The notes beneath the pieces were generated by a model that was given only the letters and a program-made list of their open reading frames with translations, made no database searches and was not told the DNA's origin. Of a stretch of DNA of 64,000 nucleotides, positions 19,657 through 30,432 are shown in pieces. Positions within the stretch are counted from its first letter, which is position 1. Every line of letters begins with the position of its first letter. The stretch comes from Bacteroidota bacterium (GTDB lineage: Bacteria; Bacteroidota; Bacteroidia; NS11-12g; UBA955). The position numbers and the translations under genes are program-made. The stretch covers positions 4,613 through 68,612 of the forward strand of contig JAURNR010000047.1 in assembly GCA_030830065.1 (NCBI GenBank), written 5' to 3'.

Positions 19657-20598
19657 TTATCCTTTATAATTCAATATTTTAGATAACAAAAAGTCTGAAA
19701 TATTGCGATAACTTTCCACTGACCAACCCGCAACATGTGGCGAAAACATTACATTTGATTTTACCTTAAAAGTATCCCAAATCGCCCATTTAGACCGAGG
19801 GATTTTGGAAATTGGTTCGAACGGAAATACATCGAGCAAAACTGCACTTAACTGTTTTTTTTCGATAGCATCAACCACATCTTCAAATATCATGGTCTCT
19901 CCTCTGCTGGCATTCATAAAAATGGGTTGACATCTCATATTAGAAAAAACTGGTTTTGAAAACCATCCTCTGGTCTCTTCAGTTAAAGGAACATGCACAG
20001 AAATTACATCAGCTTTTTCGCATAATTCATTGAATTCTACTGATTCTAATTGTGAGGAATCTTCGATGTCTTTGTATTTGTCATAAACCAAGAGATTGGC
20101 ACCCAGTGCCATTAGTTTATTTCCAAGAGCAGAACCAGTATGTCCATACCCAATTATACCAACTTTCTTACCCTTTAGTTCAACTCCGCGATGGTATACA
20201 CGATCCCAATTACCCGATTTCACATTATCATTTCCACTCGGAATTTTATGCAAATATGACAATAGCATACCCAACATATGCTCTGCAACTGAATTGGCAT
20301 TGGCACCCGAAGCATCGAAAATTTCAATGTTCTTCTGATTCAAGTAATTTTGATCAATATTGTCAATACCAGCACCAGCTCGTGCCACCCACTTTACAGA
20401 ATCCAGATAATCTAAAAGCGGTCTCTCAATTAAAATCTTAGAGCGCACTACTATACCCTCAGGTTGAACGTCTTTAATTTTATCTGCAACAGCAGACTTA
20501 TTAATATTTGGTAAATAAATTACCTCGAAGCCATTATTCTCAAGTCCATGAATTAATGACTCATATACATCATCTACAATTAGGACTTTCCGCATCAA
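19657..20598 (-). CDS. D-isomer-specific 2-hydroxyacid dehydrogenase (NAD-binding)
   Basis: GKKVGIIGYGHTGSALGNKL Rossmann motif; 313 aa; PHVAGWSVES C-terminal catalytic region. Confidence 0.8.
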   Translation of the reverse strand: MMRKVLIVDDVYESLIHGLENNGFEVIYLPNINKSAVADKIKDVQPEGIVVRSKILIERPLLDYLDSVKWVARAGAGIDNIDQNYLNQKNIEIFDASGANANSVAEHMLGMLLSYLHKIPSGNDNVKSGNWDRVYHRGVELKGKKVGIIGYGHTGSALGNKLMALGANLLVYDKYKDIEDSSQLESVEFNELCEKADVISVHVPLTEETRGWFSKPVFSNMRCQPIFMNASRGETMIFEDVVDAIEKKQLSAVLLDVFPFEPISKIPRSKWAIWDTFKVKSNVMFSPHVAGWSVESYRNISDFLLSKILNYKG

Positions 20599-22095
20599 CT
20601 AGTATAATTTCCGTTGAATACTCCAACGATTTTTAGAATTATTCTTATTAGAAGTAGTTTCAGACTTTTGACTTCCTTGTTCCCACACGAAAGCTGCGGC
20701 TGTCAAAATTGCATCTTCTTGCTCATTTGCTTCTCTAACACTATCACTTGTCCCATGATTATAATATTGAGAGATAAAATGTGTGCTAAAATTTCCTTCA
20801 ATAAATTTGGGGTGATTCATTACGAATGTTCCAAAAGGCAGTGTAGTCTGTATTCCAGTAATTACATATTCCTCTATTGCCCTTTTCATTCTCGCAATGG
20901 CCTCATTTCTATCTTTACCGTAGGTTATTAACTTTGATAACATATTGTCATAGTAGATAGGAATCTCCATGTGGGATTCCATACAATCATCTACCCTTAC
21001 ACCGGGACCCATTGGTGGTAAATAAGTTTTAACAGTGCCGATATTCGGAAGAAAGTCTTGAAAAGGGTCTTCCGCACAAACTCTTAATTCTATAGCATGA
21101 CCTTCCATTTTTAAATCTTGCTGTGAAAACGGTAACGTTTCCCCTGCTGCCACTAAAATTTGTAACTTAACAAGATCAAGCCCGGTTATCATTTCTGTAA
21201 CGGGGTGTTCAACCTGCAGCCGCGTATTCATCTCTAAAAAATAGAACTCCTCATTATCACCTAACAGGAATTCAACCGTGCCGGCACCCCTGTAGTTGCA
21301 AGCCTTAGCCACATTTACTGCGGCATCACCCATTTTATTTCTAAGAGTTTCTGATAAAACTGCACTCGGTGCTTCCTCCACTAACTTTTGATGTCTCCTT
21401 TGAATTGAACATTCTCTTTCAAACAAGTGACATACATTGCCATTATTATCAGCTATTAATTGAAATTCAATATGCCTTGGGTTACCCACATATTTTTCAA
21501 TAAACACACTATCGTCTCCGAATGCATTCCTTGCTTCATTTTGAGCAGCATTTAAAGAGGCCACAAAATCTTTTTCTTCATGTACTACCCTCATGCCCTT
21601 ACCCCCACCGCCAGCTGAAGCTTTTAACAAAACAGGAAATCCAATTTCCTTTGCTACTTGCATTGCAGCATTTACATCTACAATAGCTTCATTAATGCCA
21701 GGGACTAAAGGAACACCATATTTTTCTACTGCCTGTTTACTCGCAATTTTAGAACCCATTATTTCCATAGCCTCTGGAGTTGGTCCAATTAATGTTATTC
21801 CATTTGTTTGCAACTGACGAGCAAACTCCGCATTCTCAGATAAAAAACCATAACCTGGATGTACTGCATCAACACCAGTTGTTTTACATAGATCTATTAT
21901 CACATCCATTCGGAGATAGCTTTCACTACTTGGTCCCTCTCCAATACAATATGCTTCATCAGCATAACGTACATGCCTCGCTAGTTTATCTGCAGTGCTA
22001 TATACAGCAACTGTTGATATTCCCATATCCTTGCATGTTCGCATCACACGAATTGCTATTTCACCTCTATTTGCTATTAAGATTTTTGAAAACAT
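20599..22095 (-). CDS. accC: Biotin carboxylase (acetyl-CoA carboxylase biotin carboxylase subunit-like) with ~45-aa C-terminal extension
   Basis: MFSKILIANRGEIAIRVMRTCKDMGI...HPGYGFLSENAEFA...GGGGKGMRVV ATP-grasp motifs. No accB/BCCP gene adjacent. Confidence 0.85.
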   Translation of the reverse strand: MFSKILIANRGEIAIRVMRTCKDMGISTVAVYSTADKLARHVRYADEAYCIGEGPSSESYLRMDVIIDLCKTTGVDAVHPGYGFLSENAEFARQLQTNGITLIGPTPEAMEIMGSKIASKQAVEKYGVPLVPGINEAIVDVNAAMQVAKEIGFPVLLKASAGGGGKGMRVVHEEKDFVASLNAAQNEARNAFGDDSVFIEKYVGNPRHIEFQLIADNNGNVCHLFERECSIQRRHQKLVEEAPSAVLSETLRNKMGDAAVNVAKACNYRGAGTVEFLLGDNEEFYFLEMNTRLQVEHPVTEMITGLDLVKLQILVAAGETLPFSQQDLKMEGHAIELRVCAEDPFQDFLPNIGTVKTYLPPMGPGVRVDDCMESHMEIPIYYDNMLSKLITYGKDRNEAIARMKRAIEEYVITGIQTTLPFGTFVMNHPKFIEGNFSTHFISQYYNHGTSDSVREANEQEDAILTAAAFVWEQGSQKSETTSNKNNSKNRWSIQRKLY

Positions 22096-22159
22096 AATTT
22101 ATGCAGATGTCTGAGTTTTATGGAACAAAGATAAGTTATACCTTCGTGATGCAAAGAAT

Positions 22160-22819
22160 ATGATCCGTTTTCAAAAGGTTCAACGCTTAGTGCAAATTGA
22201 AATAGCACTTGACTACCGGAAACCCAGTGTAATTGGATCGGTTATATTACAGCTTGGTGTAACAGCAATGCTTAGTATGTTGTCGCAACCAAGAATTACC
22301 GGTAGTATTTGGAATACTTTATTTTGGATAACATTAATTCTTGGTACAATTACTGCGATTTCAAAGAACTTTACCCTTGTTTCAAAAGGAAGATGGCTCT
22401 ATTGGAATCAGTTATCTTCACCCCTAGAGACTCTAATATCCAAAATGATTTACGGTTGGATTAACATGATCGCTATGAGTTTAATCAACTTATTATTTTT
22501 TGCTTGGTTTATGGGAATCCCTATAATATACATAGGCAACTATTATATTTTGCTAATATTAACTACTGGAGGAATCTCAACAGTATATACTTTTATTGGG
22601 GCGATAGCTTCAAAAACTGGAAATTCTGGCTTTTTAGCCCCTGTATTAAGCTTACCCTTAATTATGCCTTTAATATTAGTTGGAATAAAAGCTTCTCGAA
22701 AAACATTAAACCCTGTTTTGGTTAGTTCTCTAAACAAGGATTTAATGCTATTAGGTGCTCTTGACCTTATGATAATTATTTTATCCGCGGTTCTTTTTCA
22801 GGCACTTTGGAAAGACTAG
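22160..22819 (+). CDS. CcmB-family (heme-exporter-like) ABC-2 permease, orphan
   Basis: 219 aa, 6 predicted TM. GGISTVYTFIGAIASKTGNSGFLAPVLSLPLIMPLILVG resembles the CcmB G..T..F.GA....G....L..LPL.IPLLI segment. No ccmA/ccmC neighbour. Confidence 0.45.
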   Translation: MIRFQKVQRLVQIEIALDYRKPSVIGSVILQLGVTAMLSMLSQPRITGSIWNTLFWITLILGTITAISKNFTLVSKGRWLYWNQLSSPLETLISKMIYGWINMIAMSLINLLFFAWFMGIPIIYIGNYYILLILTTGGISTVYTFIGAIASKTGNSGFLAPVLSLPLIMPLILVGIKASRKTLNPVLVSSLNKDLMLLGALDLMIIILSAVLFQALWKD

Positions 22820-24903
22820 TCCTTCCAACATTTCAATACTTCTAGGGCTACATCGAGACCTGCGTCTTTTGAATATCCCTTCATCCAAACCTTACGCTGC
22901 TCAGTTTTTATGCTATCACCTTGCACAGCATTTAGGTCTATTGATAATGGATATAGAGTATCAGATTTTCCAACATATTTAAAATCTTTAAACTCCTTAT
23001 CGCGCTCGTTGATTTCTTTCTTAAATTCTTTGTAAGATTCCAGCGATAGTGGATAGGTCATTCCCTTGCGCAACTCAGCAATTTGCTTAGCCCTTTTTGA
23101 TACTAATTTATAATAATCAGATTTGGAAATTTCTTTCTGTCCTTGCTTTATTGCTCTTTTAAGAGACTTATTTTCTAATTCAGTGTATTTCGCTTTTGGA
23201 ATTTCGTCAAATTCGAGATGGTAATCCATTTCTTTTTCACCCCTATCAATGTCATCATAGATATCTGGAAGAACAACATCGGGCTCGACACCTACTAATT
23301 GTGTAGTGCCTCCATTTATGCGATAAAATTTTTGTATCGTTACTTTCAAATCTCCGAATCCACGAGGGAATATTTTTGTAGATCCACCCCTAAGTGGAAT
23401 CATAGTCTGAACTGTCCCTTTACCAAAGGTACTTTTAGAACCAACTATTACTGCTCTCTTATAATCTTGTAATGCAGCTGCCAAAATTTCGGAAGCCGAC
23501 GCACTGTAGGTATTAGTCATTACAACTAAGGGCCCATCATATTGGACGCGTGTATCCTGATCACTTGCCTGTTGGATTCTTCCGCTTGGATCTTTAACCT
23601 GAACAATTGGCCCTGATGAAATAAATAATCCACTCATATCTATCGCATCTGCCAAACTTCCACCGCCATTGTTCCTTAAATCTAAGATGATTCCCTTGAT
23701 TTTTTCGTCCTTGAGTTTTGAAATTTCCTTCGCAACATCCCCTGAGGAATGTCTTCCTCTGCCTTCAGCCGAAAAATCAGCGTAAAAACTTGGTAATTGA
23801 ATAACTCCATACTTATCACCTTTAAACTCAACAAGGGCACTTCTAGCATATGACTCCTCAATTACCACAACATCGCGAACAATCGGAACCACATGAATAA
23901 CTCCGTCTGGTTTTTTCACCGTTAAGCGGACTTCTGTTCCTTTTTTTCCTCGAATTAATTGAATAGCATCGTCTAGCTTCATATCAACTACATCTACTGG
24001 ATCTTCTTCAGCTTGTCCAACTTTTAAAATCAAGTCACCAGCCTTAAGATCGCCTTGTTTATAGCTCGCACTTCCAGGGACTATTCTTTCTACTTTGATG
24101 TAACCATCGCGTTCTGATAGAGTTGCGCCAATACCTTCCAACTTACCGGTCATTGAAATATCAAAATTGTCTCGATCAGCAGGTGGGAAATAATTTGTAT
24201 GAGGATCGTAAACTTCAGCAATTGTATTAGCAAAAAATGCAATTTGGTCTTGCCGGTCCATCTTTCTCCAACGCTTAAACCAATTCTCCACAAGCTTCTT
24301 TGTTTCCTCTCTTGCCTTTAACTCGAGAGTATCAAAAGGTTTTATATTCTTAATTGAATCTGGTCCTTTCAAGTTTTTTTGACCTTCAAGTTTATTATAT
24401 AGTTTATCAACGGTTTGATATCGAGTCCATAATGTCCAGAGTTCGGTAATCTCATTTAGGCTTTTGGGATAGTGTCTTTCATCTTCACCTTGAAAGTAGT
24501 TTAGTTCTTCTGAGTAGTTGTAAGGCTTTTCTAATTGTGCTTTAACTAATGGCTCAATAAAGTCAAGACGGCCTTGCATCACCTGCCAAACGGTATCGAA
24601 AAAATCGAATCTACCCGCATTAATCTGATCGTCAATTGAGTATTTATATGCACTAAAATTAGCAATATCCTCTTGAGTAAAAAACTGCTTATTGCCATCC
24701 ATATTTTCCAAAATATTTTGAAAAATCTTAACGGAGAATGAGTCGTTAATTTCAAGTGGTGCGTAATGCTGACGATTTAAAGTGTAAATGATTCTTTTGA
24801 GAACCGGTTCCTCGTCCGAAAAGGGTTTGTTACTACAAAATGAAAGTACTAACAGCGCTGCTGCAATCGTACTTAATGAAATCCACTTCTTATATCCTAA
24901 CAT
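22816..24903 (-). CDS. Carboxyl-terminal processing protease (S41 family) with PDZ domain
   Basis: 695 aa; PDZ-like GDLILKVGQAEEDPVDVVDMKLDDAIQLIRGKKGTEVRLTV; S41 catalytic region VVMTNTYSASASEILAAALQDYKRAVIVGSKSTFGKGTVQ. Confidence 0.85.
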   Translation of the reverse strand: MLGYKKWISLSTIAAALLVLSFCSNKPFSDEEPVLKRIIYTLNRQHYAPLEINDSFSVKIFQNILENMDGNKQFFTQEDIANFSAYKYSIDDQINAGRFDFFDTVWQVMQGRLDFIEPLVKAQLEKPYNYSEELNYFQGEDERHYPKSLNEITELWTLWTRYQTVDKLYNKLEGQKNLKGPDSIKNIKPFDTLELKAREETKKLVENWFKRWRKMDRQDQIAFFANTIAEVYDPHTNYFPPADRDNFDISMTGKLEGIGATLSERDGYIKVERIVPGSASYKQGDLKAGDLILKVGQAEEDPVDVVDMKLDDAIQLIRGKKGTEVRLTVKKPDGVIHVVPIVRDVVVIEESYARSALVEFKGDKYGVIQLPSFYADFSAEGRGRHSSGDVAKEISKLKDEKIKGIILDLRNNGGGSLADAIDMSGLFISSGPIVQVKDPSGRIQQASDQDTRVQYDGPLVVMTNTYSASASEILAAALQDYKRAVIVGSKSTFGKGTVQTMIPLRGGSTKIFPRGFGDLKVTIQKFYRINGGTTQLVGVEPDVVLPDIYDDIDRGEKEMDYHLEFDEIPKAKYTELENKSLKRAIKQGQKEISKSDYYKLVSKRAKQIAELRKGMTYPLSLESYKEFKKEINERDKEFKDFKYVGKSDTLYPLSIDLNAVQGDSIKTEQRKVWMKGYSKDAGLDVALEVLKCWKD

Positions 24904-24924
24904 GTATTGTATATTTTCTTTTTA

Positions 24925-26784
24925 TTATTCAGATTCCTCAGCATATTTATCCAAACCAAGTGTATGAATTCCTTGATCAAAAACAATATCAACTGGAATA
25001 TTTGCAGCATTTAAAATGTCGAGTTGTGCTTTTAAACTTTCGCCAATTTTACCTCTTTCACTTAACATCTTCTCTACACCAGCTAGATCGCCATCACCCT
25101 GTAAATGCAATAATTCAGCTGCTAATCCCTCAATTGCTGTTCGCATTTTAGGTATATCAACTTTGATTCCTTTACTGGTATTTTCTAAACAGCCGCTTTT
25201 GATTAACGTATTATACGTGATCATATTGGCTTTACCATGAGCACTAGACGCACCAAATCTTACAGAACGATATACTGATGCAACAAAGGTTACATAATAA
25301 TCTTCTAAATCACCGTCTAACTCTTTCATATCAATTAACTTGGTTACCATATATAGACCAAGGACATCTGCCTTACATTCCTCGATTGCAGAATAAGTTG
25401 CTCCCAAAGCCTCTCTTACTGTTTGATTAGGATTTTCAATTACATTCTTAATCCCTAAACCATGTGCAACTTCATGGAACATTACATTAGAAAAGAAGGA
25501 ATTAAAATTGATTTTCTTACGCTGAGACGGGTGAATTACTTTCTGGGAAATTGGAATTACAATTTCATCAAATTTGGCCTTCATTGTATTCTTTAGCTGT
25601 GACCGACGAGTTCCAAAGTATTCTTGAATAACCTCGTGATTTGGCAAATTAACCGCAATAGTTTTACTGCCCGAATTACAATCACCCGCGTAGTAAATAG
25701 CATCAAAAACAGCCAATTGACTCATTGGTTTTTCTGGCTTTTCTACTGGCGGAAAACCTTCAATTTCAATAATCTCAGAAACTGCTTCCACGCCTTCTTC
25801 TATAATATTTCCATCTTCGTCCGTTGTTGGCTCTTCCTTCTCGGTTACACTATTAGCACCAAGTTCTGGTTTATATTTTTCTTCAACAGGCAAACCTGCT
25901 TGTAATTGAGGTAAAAGAGCAACATATTTTTCTAATTTCTTACCCCATTCACGGTCACGCACTAAAACATAGGCCTCAAATGAAGTTTTAGAACCTGTAA
26001 GCTTGTCTTCGTAGTTTTCAATAGGCCCAATAATAATATCAAGGTGTGAATTTAAATTTAACCAGGAAATATCAGACATTACATAATCATTAGTAAATAG
26101 ACCGTCAATACGTTGGGTTAGATATTCAGCAAAATCAGGGTCTTCATCTTGTATTGCTTCAGAAGCTGCTCGAAGTTCTTCGGTAAGTGGTATCAATTCG
26201 TTTTGATATACCATTGAATAACTTTCAATCTCAATTTCTTTACCATCCAAAGATGGGAAACGCTCGCGAGGTGGAGGCATTTGTCCCATTTTTTGATATT
26301 TCTCGGCATCTTTTGGATTAAAGTAATAAACAACCGTGTATGGATCAAAGACTCTGAACTTCATATCTTCCATAACTTGATCAGGGTCAAAACCATCGGG
26401 ATAGAAATTCACTCCCTTTGTTTTTGATCCTATACCATCCAAAAATGGAGCATCATTATTCAATCGATCCCATGGACCATAATTGATTTTTATAAACTGC
26501 TTTAAATCTGGATCTTTAATTCCCTTTAAAGCATCTTCTTTTTTCATGTATGTCTGCATCCAGAATATATTGTCCGCATGTTGAGCTGCTTTTATAAGGT
26601 GTACAATACATTTTCTTTCTGCTTCTGTCAGCTGACTTGTATCTGTAGTCAATGTAATCTGCTTGTAACTAATTAATCTATCCTTTATTGGATAACCCTT
26701 TTTTAGTTTTTGAGCATTTAAGCCACTGGCAATAATTAAACTTGTTGTAAATACTATTGCGCGTTGTATTTTCTGTAAGGTCAT
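24925..26784 (-). CDS. Secreted M49 (dipeptidyl-peptidase III)-like zinc metallopeptidase
   Basis: Signal peptide. HEVAHGLG (HExxH variant of the DPP III HELLGH motif) followed by EECKAD (DPP III second zinc-ligand motif EECRAE). Confidence 0.55.
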   Translation of the reverse strand: MTLQKIQRAIVFTTSLIIASGLNAQKLKKGYPIKDRLISYKQITLTTDTSQLTEAERKCIVHLIKAAQHADNIFWMQTYMKKEDALKGIKDPDLKQFIKINYGPWDRLNNDAPFLDGIGSKTKGVNFYPDGFDPDQVMEDMKFRVFDPYTVVYYFNPKDAEKYQKMGQMPPPRERFPSLDGKEIEIESYSMVYQNELIPLTEELRAASEAIQDEDPDFAEYLTQRIDGLFTNDYVMSDISWLNLNSHLDIIIGPIENYEDKLTGSKTSFEAYVLVRDREWGKKLEKYVALLPQLQAGLPVEEKYKPELGANSVTEKEEPTTDEDGNIIEEGVEAVSEIIEIEGFPPVEKPEKPMSQLAVFDAIYYAGDCNSGSKTIAVNLPNHEVIQEYFGTRRSQLKNTMKAKFDEIVIPISQKVIHPSQRKKINFNSFFSNVMFHEVAHGLGIKNVIENPNQTVREALGATYSAIEECKADVLGLYMVTKLIDMKELDGDLEDYYVTFVASVYRSVRFGASSAHGKANMITYNTLIKSGCLENTSKGIKVDIPKMRTAIEGLAAELLHLQGDGDLAGVEKMLSERGKIGESLKAQLDILNAANIPVDIVFDQGIHTLGLDKYAEESE

Positions 26785-26905
26785 TTTACAAAAATAGTTG
26801 GAACCTCAAGTATTCAAAAAACATCGAATAAAATGACAGAAATAAACGATAAAAATCTCCCACATAACGAAAGCACTGTTCCAAATGAACTAATTATAAC
26901 GATTT

Positions 26906-27928
26906 TTGAGGAATCAAATGTCGAAAGTGACAGTAAATAATTCAAATACGAACACACTATCACCCATTCTTACGCGCAAGATTTTTGAGTCATTTCCAAA
27001 TAACTCTGAAGCCGTAAAAATAGGGACTCAATCATACCCCTCCTCAATTGTTGAGCTTAACAGACCCACAGGTAAATATATTCACCGATTACTCCTCAGG
27101 TTATTCAATCTATTCAGTAGAAAAGGAATGATTAGGAGTTTGGGTAATACCTGTGCACCGGGTTTAATATTCCCAAAACTAGAAAATGGAAAAGGAATAA
27201 ATCAATTTCATATTTCAAACAATGTTTGTGGCGTTGTGTCTGCAAATATTTTAGGTATTAATGAATACCCTGATTCTGTAACTGTTGAAGCCAAACCTTT
27301 CATGGTTTTAAACCTGCATTCGAAATGGAATAGTTTTGACGATTATCTGTCCGCTTTTACTTCCAAATACAGAGTAAGAGCGAAGAAAGTACTTAAAGAA
27401 AGTGGACATTTAAATAAGCGAAGAATTGACCAATTGCCTTCCAACGAATGGATTGCCGCCTGTGGAAAATTGCTTGCAGAATCCCTTCAAGACAAAACCA
27501 TTGCTTTAGGTAAAAACTTACCTCAATTACTTCAGTGTTACCATAATTCAATAAATGAAAATTTTCACGTTTATGGTTATTACCAAGAGTCAAAACTTGT
27601 AGGATTCATATCTTGTATTATTGATGGGTCTAACCTTTTTGCAATGCATCTAGGAATGGATGCTAAAGTAGGTTCGCACACTAAATTATATCAAAGAATG
27701 CTCATGGATCTCGTCGAGGTTAGTTTTGAAAATTCAATAAGCAGCATAAACTTTGGAAGAACGGGAACTGAAATTAAAAGCACTTTAGGGGCACTTCCAT
27801 TAACTAATTCATTCGTAGTATTTACAAAATCAAAATTCTTGTTATTCTTATTTGAACTATATGTAAAATTCTTTCATAAACGGGAAAGTTTTAAGTTGCG
27901 TAAACCATTCAAAACGGAATTTTATTAA
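26906..27928 (+). CDS. Hypothetical protein (possible GNAT/FemAB-like acyltransferase fold)
   Basis: 340 aa ORF with consistent codon usage; weak acyltransferase-like segment VYGYYQESKLVGFISCIIDGSNLFAMHLG. Confidence 0.3.
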   Translation: MRNQMSKVTVNNSNTNTLSPILTRKIFESFPNNSEAVKIGTQSYPSSIVELNRPTGKYIHRLLLRLFNLFSRKGMIRSLGNTCAPGLIFPKLENGKGINQFHISNNVCGVVSANILGINEYPDSVTVEAKPFMVLNLHSKWNSFDDYLSAFTSKYRVRAKKVLKESGHLNKRRIDQLPSNEWIAACGKLLAESLQDKTIALGKNLPQLLQCYHNSINENFHVYGYYQESKLVGFISCIIDGSNLFAMHLGMDAKVGSHTKLYQRMLMDLVEVSFENSISSINFGRTGTEIKSTLGALPLTNSFVVFTKSKFLLFLFELYVKFFHKRESFKLRKPFKTEFY

Positions 27929-27942
27929 TTGAATGTGTATAT

Positions 27943-29133
27943 TTGGGTGTGAGAAAATCATTCATATTCCTAAGTATAATTAGCATTGCTAGTATTAGTT
28001 TTGCTCAAACAACCAACAAAGAAGGCAGTGCTTACAAATTTGAAAAGGTACACGCTGTAGATAAAACCACCATTAAAGATCAATGTAGAACAGGAACCTG
28101 TTGGAGTTACAGTACCCTATCGATGTTAGAATCTGAATTAATAAGAAATGGCAAAGGTGATATTGACTTAAGCGAGATGTTTATAGCAAGAATGGCTTAT
28201 GTCGACAAGGCAATTACTTATGTTAGGATGAATGGCAAACATCAATTCGACCAAGGTGGAGAGGGGCATGATATTCCCTACATAATAGCGAAATATGGAA
28301 TTGTTCCTGAATCAGTTTACTCTGGATTAGTAAATGGTCAAACTCGACATAATCATAGTGAATTGATGTCGGTTTTAAAGCCAGTAGTTGATGCAATTGC
28401 TGCTAAAAAGCCAGGAACAATTGGCACAGAATGGATTGATGCAATAAATGGTATACTTGATGCTTATTTAGGAAAAATTCCTGAGTCATTTGAATACAAA
28501 GGAAAGTCATATACGCCAAAGTCTTTTGCAAATTCGTTGGAGTTAGATATGAATGATTATGTGGTCTTAACTTCCTTTACCCATCATCCTTATTACACAT
28601 CATTTGCACTTGAAATTCCTGACAACTGGTCAATGCAAACTGCAATAAATGTTCCATTAGACGAATTAACATCAACTGTAAACCACGCTCTAAAAAAAGA
28701 CATTTCAGTTGCTTGGGCAACAGATGTATCTGAGAAAGGATTCGCCTACCGAGATGGTTTAGCAATTTGGGTTGCTGATTCTCTAATCACCAAGAAAGGT
28801 AAAGATGATAAACATTTCAATAATGCCGGAGCGGAAAAGCAGGGTTCAGTATTTTATAATCCCACAAAAGAATTAGAGGTTACAGTTCAAGAGCGTCAAG
28901 CACAATTTAACTCTCAGAGAACTACGGATGACCATGGAATGCACATTGTTGGGCTATACAAAGAAGCAAATGGTACTCCTTTTTATCATGTTAAAAATTC
29001 ATGGGGAGACTCAAATGAAATGGGCGGTTATTTATTTGCTAGTGAAAATTACTTCAAAATGAAAACCATCAGTGTAATGGTTCATAAGGATGGTTTAACC
29101 AAAGACTTAAAGAAAAAACTTGATTTAGACTGA
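27943..29133 (+). CDS. pepC: C1B-family cysteine aminopeptidase (aminopeptidase C / bleomycin hydrolase-like), secreted
   Basis: Signal peptide; active-site Cys motif DQCRTGTCWSYS; C-terminal His/Asn region HGMHIVGLY...VKNSWG. Confidence 0.85.
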   Translation: MGVRKSFIFLSIISIASISFAQTTNKEGSAYKFEKVHAVDKTTIKDQCRTGTCWSYSTLSMLESELIRNGKGDIDLSEMFIARMAYVDKAITYVRMNGKHQFDQGGEGHDIPYIIAKYGIVPESVYSGLVNGQTRHNHSELMSVLKPVVDAIAAKKPGTIGTEWIDAINGILDAYLGKIPESFEYKGKSYTPKSFANSLELDMNDYVVLTSFTHHPYYTSFALEIPDNWSMQTAINVPLDELTSTVNHALKKDISVAWATDVSEKGFAYRDGLAIWVADSLITKKGKDDKHFNNAGAEKQGSVFYNPTKELEVTVQERQAQFNSQRTTDDHGMHIVGLYKEANGTPFYHVKNSWGDSNEMGGYLFASENYFKMKTISVMVHKDGLTKDLKKKLDLD

Positions 29134-29294
29134 TTATTTCCTGTCTTGTTATTAATGAAATAACTAGGACTTTCGATAATTACTTTACCCTGGTATCGGT
29201 TATTTTTTTGCTCACAACCAACTAGTTTATTTGGCCACAAATAAGATCACCAAATCATCGGCATATAAATAGCTCAAAATAGCCTCGGGGTTAT

Positions 29295-29302
29295 TATATT
29301 TG
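29295..29302 (+). promoter_or_regulatory. Bacteroidota sigma-A -7 element (TAnnTTTG) candidate upstream of ald
   Basis: tatatttg 18 nt upstream of the ald ATG at 29320; matches the Bacteroidetes -7 consensus TAnnTTTG. Confidence 0.3.
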
Positions 29303-29319
29303 CGAAAAATTTATTTGTA

Positions 29320-30432
29320 ATGATCATCGGGGTACCCAAAGAAATTAAAAACAACGAGAATCGCGTGGCCGTGACGCCCGCTGGAGTTGCAGAGTTCATC
29401 AAACACGGTCATACTGTGTATGTTCAAGAAACAGCAGGTGCTGGAAGTGGGTTCTCTGATGAAGAATACATCGGTACAGGAGCGCAGCTTCTTCCAACTA
29501 TTGAAGAAGTATATGCTATTGCTGAAATGATAATTAAAGTAAAAGAACCTATTGAACCTGAATACAGATTAATTAAAGAAAATCAATTACTCTTTACTTA
29601 CTTCCATTTTGCCAGTTATCAGCCATTAACTCATGCTATGATAGACAATGGGTCTATCTGTTTAGCTTATGAAACGGTAGAAGTAAATCGTGCGTTACCT
29701 CTATTAGTACCAATGAGTGAAGTGGCTGGAAGAATGAGTATTCAAGAAGGTGCAAAATATCTTGAAAAACCAATGGGGGGAAGAGGTATTTTACTAGGTG
29801 GTGTGCCAGGGGTTAAACCAGCAAATGTCGTTGTTCTTGGAGGAGGAATTGTTGGAACACAAGCAGCAAAAATGGCTGCAGGTCTTGGCGCAAATGTTAC
29901 CATAATGGATATCAGTCTGAATCGCTTAAGACAGCTAGACGATATTATGCCAGCAAATGTTACTACTCAGTATTCAAATGAATATAATATTCGTGAGGCA
30001 GTTAAAACAGCAGACCTTGTTATTGGAGGAGTGTTAATACCTGGAGCAAAAGCACCAAAGCTTATTACTCGTGACATGCTTCCAACAATGAGAGAGGGAA
30101 CAGTAATTGTTGACGTTGCAATTGACCAAGGAGGATGTTTTGAGACTTCAAAACCAACCACTCACGCTGATCCAACCTATGTAATTGATGGTGTAGTTCA
30201 TTATTGCGTGGCAAATATGCCTGGCGCTGTGCCATATACTTCAACACTAGCATTAACAAATGCTACTCTACCCTATGCTCTCCAGCTAGCAAACAAAGGA
30301 TGGCAACAAGCTTGTAAGGATGATGTAAATCTTCGTTTAGGATTGAATGTAGTGAACGGAAAAGTAGTTTATGAAGGAGTGAGTACTGCATTTGACTTAC
30401 CTTATACTCCTGTAGAGGAGGTTTTAAATTAA
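29320..30432 (+). CDS. ald: Alanine dehydrogenase
   Basis: MIIGVPKEIKNNENRVAVTPAGV N-terminus; GGGIVGTQAAKMAAGLGANVTIMD NAD-binding motif; 370 aa. Confidence 0.9.
   Translation: MIIGVPKEIKNNENRVAVTPAGVAEFIKHGHTVYVQETAGAGSGFSDEEYIGTGAQLLPTIEEVYAIAEMIIKVKEPIEPEYRLIKENQLLFTYFHFASYQPLTHAMIDNGSICLAYETVEVNRALPLLVPMSEVAGRMSIQEGAKYLEKPMGGRGILLGGVPGVKPANVVVLGGGIVGTQAAKMAAGLGANVTIMDISLNRLRQLDDIMPANVTTQYSNEYNIREAVKTADLVIGGVLIPGAKAPKLITRDMLPTMREGTVIVDVAIDQGGCFETSKPTTHADPTYVIDGVVHYCVANMPGAVPYTSTLALTNATLPYALQLANKGWQQACKDDVNLRLGLNVVNGKVVYEGVSTAFDLPYTPVEEVLN

Noticed and set aside
29134-29200. Imperfect hairpin after pepC (gtcttgttatt…aataactaggac)
   Set aside because: The stem has mismatches and is not followed by a T-run; not convincing as an intrinsic terminator.
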